Shown here in pieces: positions 27,871 through 38,333 of a stretch of DNA of 64,000 nt. The stretch is from an uncultured Lachnospiraceae bacterium (GTDB lineage Bacteria > Bacillota > Clostridia > Lachnospirales > Lachnospiraceae). The first letter of the stretch is position 1, and every line of letters starts with the position of its first letter. Where the stretch lies: positions 1,141 to 65,140 of the forward strand of contig CANQUG010000009.1 in assembly GCA_947626985.1 (NCBI GenBank), given 5' to 3'. The notes beneath the pieces were generated by a model that was given only the letters and a program-made list of their open reading frames with translations, made no database searches and had not been told where the DNA came from. The translations under genes were made by a program, and so were the position numbers.

Positions 27871-29229
27871 ATGAGAATTTCTGATATGTCTGCGGAGCAA
27901 AAGGTCAAATATATGACCACGGCGCCGATCCCCCATCTGGTGAGTCAGATGGCGGTTCCGACGATCATCAGCATGCTGGTGACGTCCTTTTACAATATGG
28001 CGGATACCGTTTTCGTGGGAAGGATCAACACCCAGTCCACCGCGGCGGTGGGCGTGGTATTTTCCGTCATGGCGCTGATCCAGGCCGTAGGTTTCTTTTT
28101 CGGACACGGCTCCGGAAATTATATTTCCCGTCAGCTGGGTGCGGGAGAGTTTGAGGACGCGAAGAAAATGGCGTCCACAGGCTTTTTCTCGGCGTTTATC
28201 ACCGGGATTTTCCTGGGCGTCCTGGGACTGATATTCCTGCGCCCTCTTTCTCTGTTTCTGGGGTCCACACCGACCATCCTGCCCTACACGATGGCATATC
28301 TCCGAATCATCCTTGTGGGAGCGCCCTTTATGATGTCCTCCCTGGTGCTGAATAACCAGCTGCGCTTCCAGGGAAGCGCCTCCTTTGCCATGGTGGGGAT
28401 CACCGCGGGAGCGATTCTGAATATCATTCTGGATCCTGTTCTCATTTTCGGGTTTCATATGGGAGTGGCGGGGGCGGCTCTGGCTACCATCATCAGCCAG
28501 ATCGTAAGCTTTCTGATTCTTCTCCGGGAGTGTATGCGGGGAGGAAATTTCGGTATTTCCTTTAAAAGTTTTACTCCCTCCCGTCATTATCTTTACAATA
28601 TTTTCCGGGGAGGCGTTCCGTCTCTCTGCCGTCAGGGACTGGGCAGCGTTGCTACCATCTGCCTGAATACGGCTGCCGGGAACTACGGCGGCGCAGCTGC
28701 CGATGCGGCTATCGCGGCCATGGGAATCGTTTCCAGGATCACCATGTTTGCCAATTCCGCCCTCATTGGCTTCGGGCAGGGATTTCAGCCCGTGTGCGGC
28801 ACGAATTACGGCGCAAAGAGGTATGACAGAGTGAAGGAGGCCTTTTCCTTCTGCGTGAAGGTGGGATTCGGCGTTCTGATCGTGATTTCCGTCATCGGGT
28901 TTATCTTTGCGCCGCCGCTGGTGCATCTGTTCCGGGAGGACCCGGACGTCATCCGTATCGGCGGTCTGGCCCTCCGGCTGCAGCTGGCAGTATTTCCGCT
29001 GAATGCGTGGATCGTAATGTCAAATATGATGCTGCAGACCATCGGGGAGTCTCTGAAGGCTTCCATCCAGGCGGCGGCCCGGCAGGGAATCTTCTTCCTT
29101 CCGCTGATTTTCCTGCTTCCCAGGATGTTCGGCCTGCCGGGTGTGCAGATGTGCCAGATGGTATCGGATATATTTACAATGATGCTGTCGGTTCCGCTCT
29201 GCCTGAGCGTGCTGAAAAAAATGAAATAA
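27871..29229 (+). CDS. MATE-family efflux transporter
   Basis: 452 aa with 12 TM segments. Typical N-terminus: PIPHLVSQMAVPTIISMLVTSFYNMADTVFVGR. Confidence 0.88.
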   Translation: MRISDMSAEQKVKYMTTAPIPHLVSQMAVPTIISMLVTSFYNMADTVFVGRINTQSTAAVGVVFSVMALIQAVGFFFGHGSGNYISRQLGAGEFEDAKKMASTGFFSAFITGIFLGVLGLIFLRPLSLFLGSTPTILPYTMAYLRIILVGAPFMMSSLVLNNQLRFQGSASFAMVGITAGAILNIILDPVLIFGFHMGVAGAALATIISQIVSFLILLRECMRGGNFGISFKSFTPSRHYLYNIFRGGVPSLCRQGLGSVATICLNTAAGNYGGAAADAAIAAMGIVSRITMFANSALIGFGQGFQPVCGTNYGAKRYDRVKEAFSFCVKVGFGVLIVISVIGFIFAPPLVHLFREDPDVIRIGGLALRLQLAVFPLNAWIVMSNMMLQTIGESLKASIQAAARQGIFFLPLIFLLPRMFGLPGVQMCQMVSDIFTMMLSVPLCLSVLKKMK

Positions 29230-29297
29230 TCGGGGCGTGACCGGCAGTACGGGAAAGAACAGGATCAGGATGGGAAAGAGCGGAGGTGAATGCAGCG

Positions 29298-30980
29298 ATG
29301 TGGGAAAAGAAGATGCTTCCTGTGGGAATTGAAGATTTTGACCAGCTTATAAAGGAAGATTTCTATTTCGTAGATAAGACGGTGATGATTGCGGAACTGC
29401 TCCGTAACCGGGCGAAGGTGAATCTGTTCACCCGTCCGAGGCGTTTTGGAAAGTCGCTTATCATGAGCATGCTGAAATGCTTCTTTGAGGTCGGCGGCGA
29501 TCCGTCTGTTTTTGAAGGCCTTGCAATTTCCAGGGAAACGGAGCTGTGTGAGAAATTTATGGGGAAATTCCCGGTATTTTTTCTGTCCTTAAAAGATGTG
29601 GGAGCGACCAGTTTTGCGAGGGCGAAAGAACAGATGGGCAGCGTGCTGGCAGATGCCGCCTTTCCCTTCAAATTTCTGCTGAACAGCACTGCTCTGGATG
29701 ATTCAGATAAAGAGCTGTTTCGGGAACTGACAAACCGGCGCATGGGAGAACAGACAATCTGTGACAGTCTGAAAATATGTACCAGATTGCTGGAGAAGCA
29801 TTATGGCAGGAAGGTAATTCTGCTGATCGATGAGTACGATGTGCCGCTGCAAAAGGCGTTCTATGGCGGCTATTATGAGGAGATGGTGCAGATGATCCGC
29901 AGCATGTTCAGCCAGGTCCTGAAGACGAATCAGAGTCTGCAGTTCGCGGTGCTGACCGGATGTCTGCGGATATCGAAGGAAAGTATCTTCACGGGGTTGA
30001 ACAATCTGAAAGTCTTTTCGATTGCAGATGCAGGCTTTGATGAGTATTTTGGATTTACAGACGCAGAAGTCCGGGAGCTTATGGAATATTATGGACTGAC
30101 AGATTCCTATGAGCAGGCGAAGGACTGGTATAACGGCTATCGTTTTGGCAGAAGTGATGTGTACTGCCCGTGGGATGTGGTAAATTACTGTTATGATCTG
30201 CGGGCCGACCCGGAGGCGCACCCGCAGAATTTCTGGGCGAATTCCAGCGGGAACGATGCAGTGCGGGAGTTCGTACGGAAGCTGGATGTGAGTGTGGCTG
30301 CAGGGGAAATGGAGGATCTGGTGGCCGGAGAAGCGGTCATGAAGGAGATTCGTCAGGAGCTTACGTATCGTGAAATGTATGATTCCGTCGAAAATATCTG
30401 GAGTCTGCTGTACATGACCGGTTATTTGACGAAGCGCGGCGCGGCGGAAGGAAAGAGGTTTCCTCTGGTGATCCCGAACATGGAAATCCGGGATATCTTT
30501 ACGACGCAGATTATGGATCTGTTCAGGGAGCAGGTGGCGGAGGACGGCGCAATGGTGCGTGAGTTCTGCAGTGCTGTATTGTCAGGGGATGCCGAAAAGG
30601 CAGAGGAGCTTTTGGGAAAATATCTTTCGATGACGGTGAGCATCCGGGACACGTTCGTTCGGCGACCCCTGAAAGAGAATTTTTATCATGGGATTCTGCT
30701 GGGAATTCTGGGTTACAAGGGAGACTGGTATGTCACCAGTAATTATGAGACTGGAGACGGTTATGGAGATATTCTGATCATCCCGAAGGAGGGCAGTCCC
30801 GGAATCGTGATCGAGGTGAAATATGCCCATGATGGCAATCTGGAGAAAAGCGCGCAGGCGGCGCTTGCGCAGATTGGGCAGCAGCGGTATGATGCGGTGC
30901 TGTACGAAAAAGGCGTAAAGCAGGTGCTTAAGTATGGGATTGCATGCTATAGGAAAAAATGCAGAGTAATGCCGGGATGA
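29298..30980 (+). CDS. AAA-ATPase-like N-terminal domain fused to a PD-(D/E)XK nuclease domain (AAA-ATPase_like / PDDEXK_9 architecture)
   Basis: N-terminus GIEDFDQLIKEDFYFVDKT...FTRPRRFGKSL with LLIDEYD (Walker-B-like). C-terminus GDGYGDILIIP...IEVKY. ATG 29298 is 10 nt after GGAGG. Confidence 0.75.
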   Translation: MWEKKMLPVGIEDFDQLIKEDFYFVDKTVMIAELLRNRAKVNLFTRPRRFGKSLIMSMLKCFFEVGGDPSVFEGLAISRETELCEKFMGKFPVFFLSLKDVGATSFARAKEQMGSVLADAAFPFKFLLNSTALDDSDKELFRELTNRRMGEQTICDSLKICTRLLEKHYGRKVILLIDEYDVPLQKAFYGGYYEEMVQMIRSMFSQVLKTNQSLQFAVLTGCLRISKESIFTGLNNLKVFSIADAGFDEYFGFTDAEVRELMEYYGLTDSYEQAKDWYNGYRFGRSDVYCPWDVVNYCYDLRADPEAHPQNFWANSSGNDAVREFVRKLDVSVAAGEMEDLVAGEAVMKEIRQELTYREMYDSVENIWSLLYMTGYLTKRGAAEGKRFPLVIPNMEIRDIFTTQIMDLFREQVAEDGAMVREFCSAVLSGDAEKAEELLGKYLSMTVSIRDTFVRRPLKENFYHGILLGILGYKGDWYVTSNYETGDGYGDILIIPKEGSPGIVIEVKYAHDGNLEKSAQAALAQIGQQRYDAVLYEKGVKQVLKYGIACYRKKCRVMPG

Positions 30981-30996
30981 ACTGTTTTACCCAGCC

Positions 30997-31170
30997 GGAT
31001 TCCGGTTATGATTTCCGGGTTAATGTATTTGTCGCCGGCCACCATGGAAGCAATTCCTCCAACAGTGCATCTTTCCTGCATGAAGTTTCTCCAGACTGTG
31101 TTCTGATCAGCTGCGGAAAAGATAATTCCTATGGTCATCCCGGACGGGAGGTTCTGGACAGGTCCCGGGA
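30997..31170 (+). pseudogene. internal fragment of an MBL/ComEC-like gene (paralogous to 41668-41841)
   Basis: 174 nt align without gaps to 41668-41841, with about 15 mismatches by eye. It encodes ...FVAGHHGSNSSNSASFLHEVSPDCVLISCGKDNSYGHPGRE... with no N- or C-terminal parts. Confidence 0.85.
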
Positions 31171-31318
31171 TATATGTACAGTATGGACAGGTGCAGGAAA
31201 ACCCAATAAAATCAATGGGTTACGGCATTTAACAAATGCCTGTGAATAATGGAAATAAAGGAGATTAAAACATGTATTGCTCATGAAAGGCCGGACAAAG
31301 GACGACAGGTGAAAGGAT

Positions 31319-33058
31319 ATGAGAAGCTTGGGATATTTTCTGAATTCTCTGAGGACGAAGATCCTCATGGTTTTGGTCGCAGCGTGTATTCCGGTAGTGA
31401 TTCTGTATTTTGCGCTGAACAGTTATTCCATGAGGATGGTGGAAGAGAGGATTTATGAACATGCCCGGGACATGCTGAATTTCAATATGAAGCAGCTGGA
31501 CGCGGGCCTGGAGAAAGTGGGAGACTACCTTTTGAATGTAAGGTCGAATAATCGCGGGGTGTATCAGTTTGCTTCTCTCGACGCCAGAAAGCAGTACGAT
31601 ATATCCATAGAGCTCAGTCAGGATCTGATCAAAAGTATTGAGGATTTTGATGAGGCGGAGGGAATCCTCTGTTTTTCCGAGGCAAACGGAAAAAGTATCT
31701 ACTCCTTTAATGTCAATAGCCCGGCCTACGCGAACCGGATGGAGATCATTGAATATGTTCAAAGCCACGTGAAGGAACTTGCCGGGGTATCCGGCAGCTG
31801 GACTCCTTTCCGGATCGGGGAGGATTATGCGCTGCTGTATCCGGTGGGAGATGAAACGGTGATGCTCTGCGCCTGGACTTCCTTTACTACGCTGTCTGAA
31901 CCGCTGGAGGACTGGAATCTTATGGAAGACAGCATCTGCTGCTTTACAGATTCCGAAAATCGGATCCTTCGGGTGGTTTCCGGGGAGGGGCAGGCGGAAG
32001 CTGTGATGGAAGAAAATCCGGAAGACGGCGGTGCGGAAAAAGGGAAAAAATATCTTATGGCCAGCGTGGCTTCCGAGGCAGGAGATTTTCAGATTTGGAA
32101 TGCGGTGGCCCGTTCCAGGCTTATGGAAGGGTTCGACAGACTGCGGCTGCTCAGCGTGGCTGTAATCTTACTGTTTTTGGGCAGCGCAATGCCCATACTG
32201 ATTTGTATCCTGCGGAAAAATGTATTTTTTCCCGTTCACTCTCTGGAAAAAGGAATGGAACAGATCGAGGAAGGAAATCTGGATGTCCGGATCGGGAAGG
32301 ATCATCCTCCCAATGAGCTTGCGTATCTGATCGATTCTTTTAACAGTATGACTGCTCAGATAAAAACTCTGAAGATTCGGTCCTATGAGGAGGCGCTGGA
32401 GAGAAAAAAGGTGGAAATGGATTATCTGCAGCTCCAGATCGAGCCTCATTTCTACTTAAATGCGCTGAATCTTATCCATACTATGGCTCAGGTGGGCGAT
32501 ACGCCGCTGATCCAGCAGCTGACGCAGAATCTTTCGATGTATCTTCGATATGTTCTGGGAAGCAGAAACAGGGATGTAATGCTGGAGGAAGAGCTGAAAA
32601 ATATCGGCAGCTATCTGAAGATCATGGAGATCCGGTTTGGAAAAAACTTTCAGTATGAAGAGAATGTGGATAAAAGTCTTTTAACCATGCAGGTTCCGCC
32701 GCTGCTTCTGCAGCTTCCGGTGGAAAATTCTCTGAAATATGCCTTTGACGTTTATGGAGAAGACAACAGGATCCGTCTTTCTGTTTACCGGGAGGGAGAG
32801 GACGCGGTGTTCTGTGTAGAAGATAACGGAGAGGGATATTCCGGGGAAATTCTGGAGCGCTTCCGGAATGAGGAGCCGCCCGAAGACAATCACATCGGTC
32901 TCTGGAATCTGAAAATGCGTCTGGAGTATATGTATCACGGAAACGCCAGTTTTTCCCTGGGCAATCACAGTCCCCACGGAGCCAGAACAGAAATCCGGAT
33001 CCGGTATCCGGCGGCAGGTCCGGCTTCTGCTGAGGGGCACGGAGGGAACGAGAGATGA
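31319..33058 (+). CDS. sensor histidine kinase (YesM-like: TM, HAMP, His_kinase, HATPase)
   Basis: LQLQIEPHFYLNALN (PF06580-type H-box) and a C-terminal ATPase with DNGEGY. Confidence 0.88.
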   Translation: MRSLGYFLNSLRTKILMVLVAACIPVVILYFALNSYSMRMVEERIYEHARDMLNFNMKQLDAGLEKVGDYLLNVRSNNRGVYQFASLDARKQYDISIELSQDLIKSIEDFDEAEGILCFSEANGKSIYSFNVNSPAYANRMEIIEYVQSHVKELAGVSGSWTPFRIGEDYALLYPVGDETVMLCAWTSFTTLSEPLEDWNLMEDSICCFTDSENRILRVVSGEGQAEAVMEENPEDGGAEKGKKYLMASVASEAGDFQIWNAVARSRLMEGFDRLRLLSVAVILLFLGSAMPILICILRKNVFFPVHSLEKGMEQIEEGNLDVRIGKDHPPNELAYLIDSFNSMTAQIKTLKIRSYEEALERKKVEMDYLQLQIEPHFYLNALNLIHTMAQVGDTPLIQQLTQNLSMYLRYVLGSRNRDVMLEEELKNIGSYLKIMEIRFGKNFQYEENVDKSLLTMQVPPLLLQLPVENSLKYAFDVYGEDNRIRLSVYREGEDAVFCVEDNGEGYSGEILERFRNEEPPEDNHIGLWNLKMRLEYMYHGNASFSLGNHSPHGARTEIRIRYPAAGPASAEGHGGNER

Positions 33059-34611
33059 ATCTGCTTATTGTGGACGACGAAATCTATGTGGTGCGTGCTC
33101 TGCAGAAGAATATCGACTGGAAAGCGGTGGGGATCGATCAGGTTTTTGCGGCTTTTCACGCGGCCAAGGCCAGGGAGATTATAAAGAAGAATTCTATTGA
33201 CATTATTGTGACGGATATCGAGATGCCGGGAGAATCCGGTCTGTCTCTTCTGCGCTGGGTGAAGGAGGAAGGTCTGGACATGATCGGTATCTGTCTTACC
33301 TCCCACGCGGAATTTTCCTATGCCCAGGAGGCTCTGCACTACCATGTGATGGAATATGTAGTGAAGCCGCTGAATTTTAAAAGCTTTGCGGAGCTGATCG
33401 CCAGGGCGGTGGAAAAGCGCAGGGAGGATCTTCAGGAACGGCAGCAGCAGGAGAAGGGACGTCTCTGGGAATATCATGAGGATCAGCTGAAAAATCAGTT
33501 CTGGGAAGCGCTGGTAAAGGGAATGCAGGAGAATTCCCAGGACGCACTTATTGCCCGTGCGCAGAAGCTGTCTGTGGATTATGAATTCAGTATGGAATAT
33601 CTTCTGGTTCTCTTCTGTGTCCGCAAAATCTGCGAACACAGGGCGGAGTGGGAGGATTCCAGGGAACTGATGGAATATGTAACGGTGAACATCGCCCGGG
33701 AAGTTCTTCTGAGAGAGGAAGATTCCTGTAAGATCGGCTGGCTGGATGGAAAACTGTGGATGGTTCTGCCGGAAGGATATGAAGATGGTCTTTCGGAGAA
33801 TCTGGAGAATTTCCTGGAGCTTGCGCGTAAGATTACCGGAGTCGGTCTGGCGGCTTATGCGGACGCTCCATGTTTTGGGGAACAGCTCCATCAGGTTTAC
33901 CGGAAGCTGAAGGATTTTGACAGGAAGAATGTGACGGTAGACCAGGGCGTTCTTATGATAAGGGATTATGAAGCTGCGAAGGATAGCCGGCAGTTTTTTT
34001 CCGCATTGGAAGCTCTGATGAAAGAGAAGGAGTTTGAGAAGATTCCTTCTGTACTGAAACATAATTTTTCCGGGAAGCGTCATATTCATTTTCACAGTCT
34101 GCTGGTTCACATCGAGGCAGTGAAGCACGGATTCTTTTCGGAAATGGAAAAAAATCATGTGGATTTTAACGATTTCTGGACAGAGGAACTGGCAGAGGGA
34201 CATCGCGGGATCTATGATTCGGTAGAAAATTTCGCGGACTGGCTGGATGCTGCGGTGAAACGGGTAAAGGAACTGAAGGAGAGCCAGAGCGAGGATGCGG
34301 ATGTGATTGCGGAGATCAAGAGTTTTGTGAGCAGGAGTATTGAAAACCGGATCACGAGGGAAATGATCGCCGCCCATATCGGTTATTCGCCGGACTATCT
34401 GGGACGGATTTTCAAGCGGGAAACAGGGATATCTCTGAGCGAGTATATTATGGAGCAGAAAGTGGAACGGGCCAAGGAACTTCTGGAGGAGGACAGGGAT
34501 ACCATAGGAAATATCGCGGTTCGTCTGGGGTACAGCAGCTTCTCCTATTTTTCCGAAGTGTTCCGCCGGCTGACGGGAACCGCGCCCAGCGATTATAAGA
34601 AAAAAAGGTAA
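33055..34611 (+). CDS. response regulator with AraC-type HTH output (YesN-like)
   Basis: Receiver domain LIVDDE...TDIEMPG. C-terminal AraC HTH ...LGYSSFSYFSEVFRRLTGTAPSDY. ATGA overlap with the kinase gene. Confidence 0.9.
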   Translation: MNLLIVDDEIYVVRALQKNIDWKAVGIDQVFAAFHAAKAREIIKKNSIDIIVTDIEMPGESGLSLLRWVKEEGLDMIGICLTSHAEFSYAQEALHYHVMEYVVKPLNFKSFAELIARAVEKRREDLQERQQQEKGRLWEYHEDQLKNQFWEALVKGMQENSQDALIARAQKLSVDYEFSMEYLLVLFCVRKICEHRAEWEDSRELMEYVTVNIAREVLLREEDSCKIGWLDGKLWMVLPEGYEDGLSENLENFLELARKITGVGLAAYADAPCFGEQLHQVYRKLKDFDRKNVTVDQGVLMIRDYEAAKDSRQFFSALEALMKEKEFEKIPSVLKHNFSGKRHIHFHSLLVHIEAVKHGFFSEMEKNHVDFNDFWTEELAEGHRGIYDSVENFADWLDAAVKRVKELKESQSEDADVIAEIKSFVSRSIENRITREMIAAHIGYSPDYLGRIFKRETGISLSEYIMEQKVERAKELLEEDRDTIGNIAVRLGYSSFSYFSEVFRRLTGTAPSDYKKKR

Positions 34612-34868
34612 TGTGAGAAAAAAACGGAATAACGTTAATCGGACGGAATATTGACAATCGGGATTTCGGATCATGAGAAAAGAAGGACGGTTTGCTGAAA
34701 AGGCGGCCGTCTTTTTTGATTTCCTGTTGTGTGGGAAGGGCAGAGGAAGGTCTGGAGAATGACAAAATGGAACGGAAAACCATGAGATTTTTTCCGAAAA
34801 TCTCTGTAGAATAAAGCTATCAAAAAACAGAAACGTACAAAGCAATGGAATGAAAAAGGAGGATTCTT

Positions 34869-36356
34869 ATGAAACTGAAAAAGCTTGCCGCTCTTGCAGG
34901 CGCCGCTGCGCTCACTGTCACTGCGCTTCCCGTACTTCCCGTATACGCGGAGGATGCAGAGGAGATTGTATTCGCTTTCCATCTTACCAAAACTGTGGAT
35001 ATGCAGCCTATTGAAGACGCACTCAATGAGATCACGATCCCGGAGATCGGTGTGAAGGTAGACCTTGAGGGAATCCAGATGGCCAACTACGCCAATCAGG
35101 TGGGTATGATGATGTCCGGCGGAGAACAGGTAGATGTGATTGCCATGCTGGGAGACTATGCGGATATGCTTTCCAAGAACCAGCTTCTCTGTCTGGACGA
35201 TTATATCGACGAGTATGGCGCGGGGATCAAAGAAGTTCTTGGTGAAGAATTTTTAAAGGCCACCAGCAAGAACGGTTCTCTCTATGCCCTTCCCAATAAT
35301 AACGGAAAAGCTGCGGTGCTCAATATCGTACTCAGGGATGATCTGATCCAGGAACTGGAGCTTCCTGTGGATCAGCTGACTCTGGCTTCTGATTTTGACG
35401 GATACTGCGCAAACCTGGACCTTTTGTCAGATATGTTTGCAAAAATTCATGAGGCTCATCCGGAATACGCCTGTCTTGTGCCAAGTGCCGGAAATTCTCT
35501 TTTGTTTGACGGAACAGTGCCTTTTATGGATATGCTGAATGACAATTATGGTATTCTTTCTGACGACGGTTCCACAGTGGTCAATCTTTATGAAACAGAA
35601 GAGTATAAAAAGCTGATCAGCTATGCTCATGAATGGAATCAGGCAGGGTATGTGCTGGAGGATGCTACAACTACTCAGGAAGCTGCCAATACCTATCTTC
35701 AGAATGGACGCGCTGCCGCCTTCTTTATTAAGGGAGAAGAGGGACAGGCCGAGCAGATCATAACGGCTACCGGCATTCCTGTGCAGTCCATTAAGCTGCT
35801 GCAGCCCTATATCTGTACGACAGACGTAAACGGAATCGATTTTGGAATCTCCGCTACCAGTAAGCATCCGGAGGCAGCCATGAAATTCCTGAATCTGATG
35901 TATACCAATGCAGATGTGGTAAACCTTCTGGATTGGGGAATTGAGGGTGTTCATTATGAAGTGCAGGACGACGGCACAGTGGATTTCCCGGAGGGGCTGG
36001 ACGCGAATACGACTGCTTACGGGCTGAATCAGGACTGGTATTTTGGAAATCAGTTCCTTTCCTACATCTGGGGCAAAGGAAGAGACACGACCATTTATGA
36101 GAGACTGGAGTCCAATAACAAGAACTCTGAATTTTCACCGGTAATGGGCTTTTCCTATGACAGTACGGTAGTTGCCACGGAGCTGGCGGCTATTGTAAAT
36201 GTGAGAAATCAGTACGTTCCCGGTCTGGAATGCGGTTCCCTGGATCCGGAGACAGATCTGGAAGCCTTTAACAAAGCGCTTTACGATGCGGGTCTTCAGA
36301 CTGTGATCGATGAAAAACAGGCCCAGCTGGATGCATGGAAAGAAGCCAATCAGTAA
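34869..36356 (+). CDS. extracellular solute-binding protein (LplA-like, large SBP)
   Basis: Signal peptide MKLKKLAALAGAAALTVTAL. 495 aa. AAGGAGG RBS. Confidence 0.85.
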   Translation: MKLKKLAALAGAAALTVTALPVLPVYAEDAEEIVFAFHLTKTVDMQPIEDALNEITIPEIGVKVDLEGIQMANYANQVGMMMSGGEQVDVIAMLGDYADMLSKNQLLCLDDYIDEYGAGIKEVLGEEFLKATSKNGSLYALPNNNGKAAVLNIVLRDDLIQELELPVDQLTLASDFDGYCANLDLLSDMFAKIHEAHPEYACLVPSAGNSLLFDGTVPFMDMLNDNYGILSDDGSTVVNLYETEEYKKLISYAHEWNQAGYVLEDATTTQEAANTYLQNGRAAAFFIKGEEGQAEQIITATGIPVQSIKLLQPYICTTDVNGIDFGISATSKHPEAAMKFLNLMYTNADVVNLLDWGIEGVHYEVQDDGTVDFPEGLDANTTAYGLNQDWYFGNQFLSYIWGKGRDTTIYERLESNNKNSEFSPVMGFSYDSTVVATELAAIVNVRNQYVPGLECGSLDPETDLEAFNKALYDAGLQTVIDEKQAQLDAWKEANQ

Positions 36357-36366
36357 AATAAGCTGC

Positions 36367-36396
36367 AAAGGCCGCCGCTTCGCTGCGGTGGCCTTT
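36367..36396 (+). promoter_or_regulatory. intercistronic stem-loop after the SBP gene
   Basis: AAAGGCCGCCGC / GCGGTGGCCTTT 12-bp stem (one G:U) with a 6-nt loop. Confidence 0.55.
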
Positions 36397-36401
36397 CCGT
36401 A

Positions 36402-37367
36402 ATGGCATATAAAACACTGTACAAGGGATGTAAGGGAGGAAATATTTTGGAAAAGAGGTCGAAATCCGGTACGCTGAAAAGGCAATGGCCGCTGTATGTG
36501 ATGGTTCTGCCGGGACTGCTCTATCTGTTTATCAATAATTACGGTCCTATGGCGGGAATGTTTATCGCGTTTAAGCGAATAGATTATTCGAAAGGCCTGT
36601 GGGCGAGTCCCTGGGTGGGATTTGAAAATTTCAAATATCTTTTTAAAACCGGCGCGGCTCTGGAGATGACGCGGAATACGATTTTGTATAATCTTGTGTT
36701 TATCGTACTGGGAGAAGTGACAGGAATTGCTGCGGGTATTATGCTCAGCGAGCTGCGCAGAAAGTGGGAGACTAAATTTTTCCAGACGGTCATTCTTCTG
36801 CCCTATCTTTTATCCTGGGTTATCTGCGCATACATTGGATATGCTTTTCTCAGCAGAGAAACCGGTCTGATCAACGGACTTCTTAACAGTCTGGGAATAA
36901 ATGAGGTGGACTGGTATAATGATCCGGGGAAATGGCCTTTTATTCTTACCTTCGTGAATATCTGGAAAGGATTGGGATATTCCGCAATCGTCTACATGTC
37001 TTCCATTATCGGCATTGATCATTCCCTGTACGAGTCCGCCATGATCGACGGAGCCACGAAATGGAAACAGATCCGCTATATTACGCTGCCTCTTCTGAAG
37101 CCTACCGTGATCATGCTGATCATCATGAGCATCGGAAGAATGTTTTATTCTGATTTCGGACTGTTTTATCAGATCCCTATGAATTCCGGTACGCTGTACT
37201 CTACGACGCAGACCATCGATACCTATGTATACCGGGCGCTGATGACCAGGAACGATATCGCCATGTCTTCCGCGGCCGGCTTCTATCAGTCGATCGTAGG
37301 ATTTATTCTTGTTCTTACCGCAAATTATATCGTCCGGAAGTCCAGCCCGGAAAATGCCATGTTCTGA
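36402..37367 (+). CDS. ABC transporter permease (LplB-like)
   Basis: EAA loop IDGATKWKQIRYITLPLLKP. An alternative TTG start at 36447 lies 7 nt after GGGAGG and may be the true start. Confidence 0.85.
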   Translation: MAYKTLYKGCKGGNILEKRSKSGTLKRQWPLYVMVLPGLLYLFINNYGPMAGMFIAFKRIDYSKGLWASPWVGFENFKYLFKTGAALEMTRNTILYNLVFIVLGEVTGIAAGIMLSELRRKWETKFFQTVILLPYLLSWVICAYIGYAFLSRETGLINGLLNSLGINEVDWYNDPGKWPFILTFVNIWKGLGYSAIVYMSSIIGIDHSLYESAMIDGATKWKQIRYITLPLLKPTVIMLIIMSIGRMFYSDFGLFYQIPMNSGTLYSTTQTIDTYVYRALMTRNDIAMSSAAGFYQSIVGFILVLTANYIVRKSSPENAMF

Positions 37368-37379
37368 GGAGGTACGATC

Positions 37380-38282
37380 ATGTCAAATGTATTGGGAAGA
37401 GGAGAAAAAATCTTTCAGGTGATTATCCATATCATTTTGATCTTTATGGCTGCCTGTGCCATTATACCGGTCTGGGTTCTGGTGGCGGGTTCTATTACAA
37501 ACGAACAGGAGCTGATTCTGAGCGGCTATTCCTTTATTCCGGGATCGATTAGCTGGGATGCGTATAAATATCTGTTTTTTAAAGCGGCGGATATCGTCCG
37601 GTCTTATGGAATTACCGTTTTTATTACAGTAGTGGGAACGGCTTTAAGTCTGGTAATCACGCCTCTTCTGGCGTATCCTCTCTCCAGAAAAGACTTTAAG
37701 GCCAGAAATGTGATCTCTTTTATTGTGTTCTTTACCATGCTGTTTAACGGCGGTATTGTTCCTTCCTACATTATGTGGACGCAGATCTTCCATATCAAAA
37801 ATACAGTCTGGGCTCTGATTTTTCCAGGGCTCCTGATGAACGGCTTTAACGTGATCCTGATGAAGAACTATTTTTCCCAGAATATTCCGGTGGAGCTGAT
37901 TGAGGCGGCAAAAGTGGACGGCGCGGGGGAATTTCTTATTTTCGGCAAAGTGATCCTGCCTTTGTCCCTGCCGATCATGGCGACGGTGGGATTATTTGTG
38001 GGAATCGGCTACTGGAATGACTGGACAAACGGTCTCTATTACGTGACCCAGCCGCAGCTTTACAGCCTGCAGAATCTGCTGAACCGAATTCTTCAGGATG
38101 TGCAGTTCTTAAGTTCCAGCACGCTGGCGCAGGCAGCCGGCGGCGCGGCCATGACTCAGATGCCTTCTGTCAGCATCCGTATGGCCATTTCCGTGGTGGG
38201 TATTCTGCCGATTATGGTACTGTACCCCTTCTTTCAGAAATATTTTGTGAAAGGGATTGCCGTAGGCGCAGTGAAAGGGTAA
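37380..38282 (+). CDS. ABC transporter permease (LplC-like)
   Basis: [27 protein letters not shown] loop and 6 TM segments. Confidence 0.87.
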   Translation: MSNVLGRGEKIFQVIIHIILIFMAACAIIPVWVLVAGSITNEQELILSGYSFIPGSISWDAYKYLFFKAADIVRSYGITVFITVVGTALSLVITPLLAYPLSRKDFKARNVISFIVFFTMLFNGGIVPSYIMWTQIFHIKNTVWALIFPGLLMNGFNVILMKNYFSQNIPVELIEAAKVDGAGEFLIFGKVILPLSLPIMATVGLFVGIGYWNDWTNGLYYVTQPQLYSLQNLLNRILQDVQFLSSSTLAQAAGGAAMTQMPSVSIRMAISVVGILPIMVLYPFFQKYFVKGIAVGAVKG

Positions 38283-38333
38283 GATTACGATATATGTTTA
38301 AACTGCCGGACTGGCGGCGGAAAGGAAAATCTT

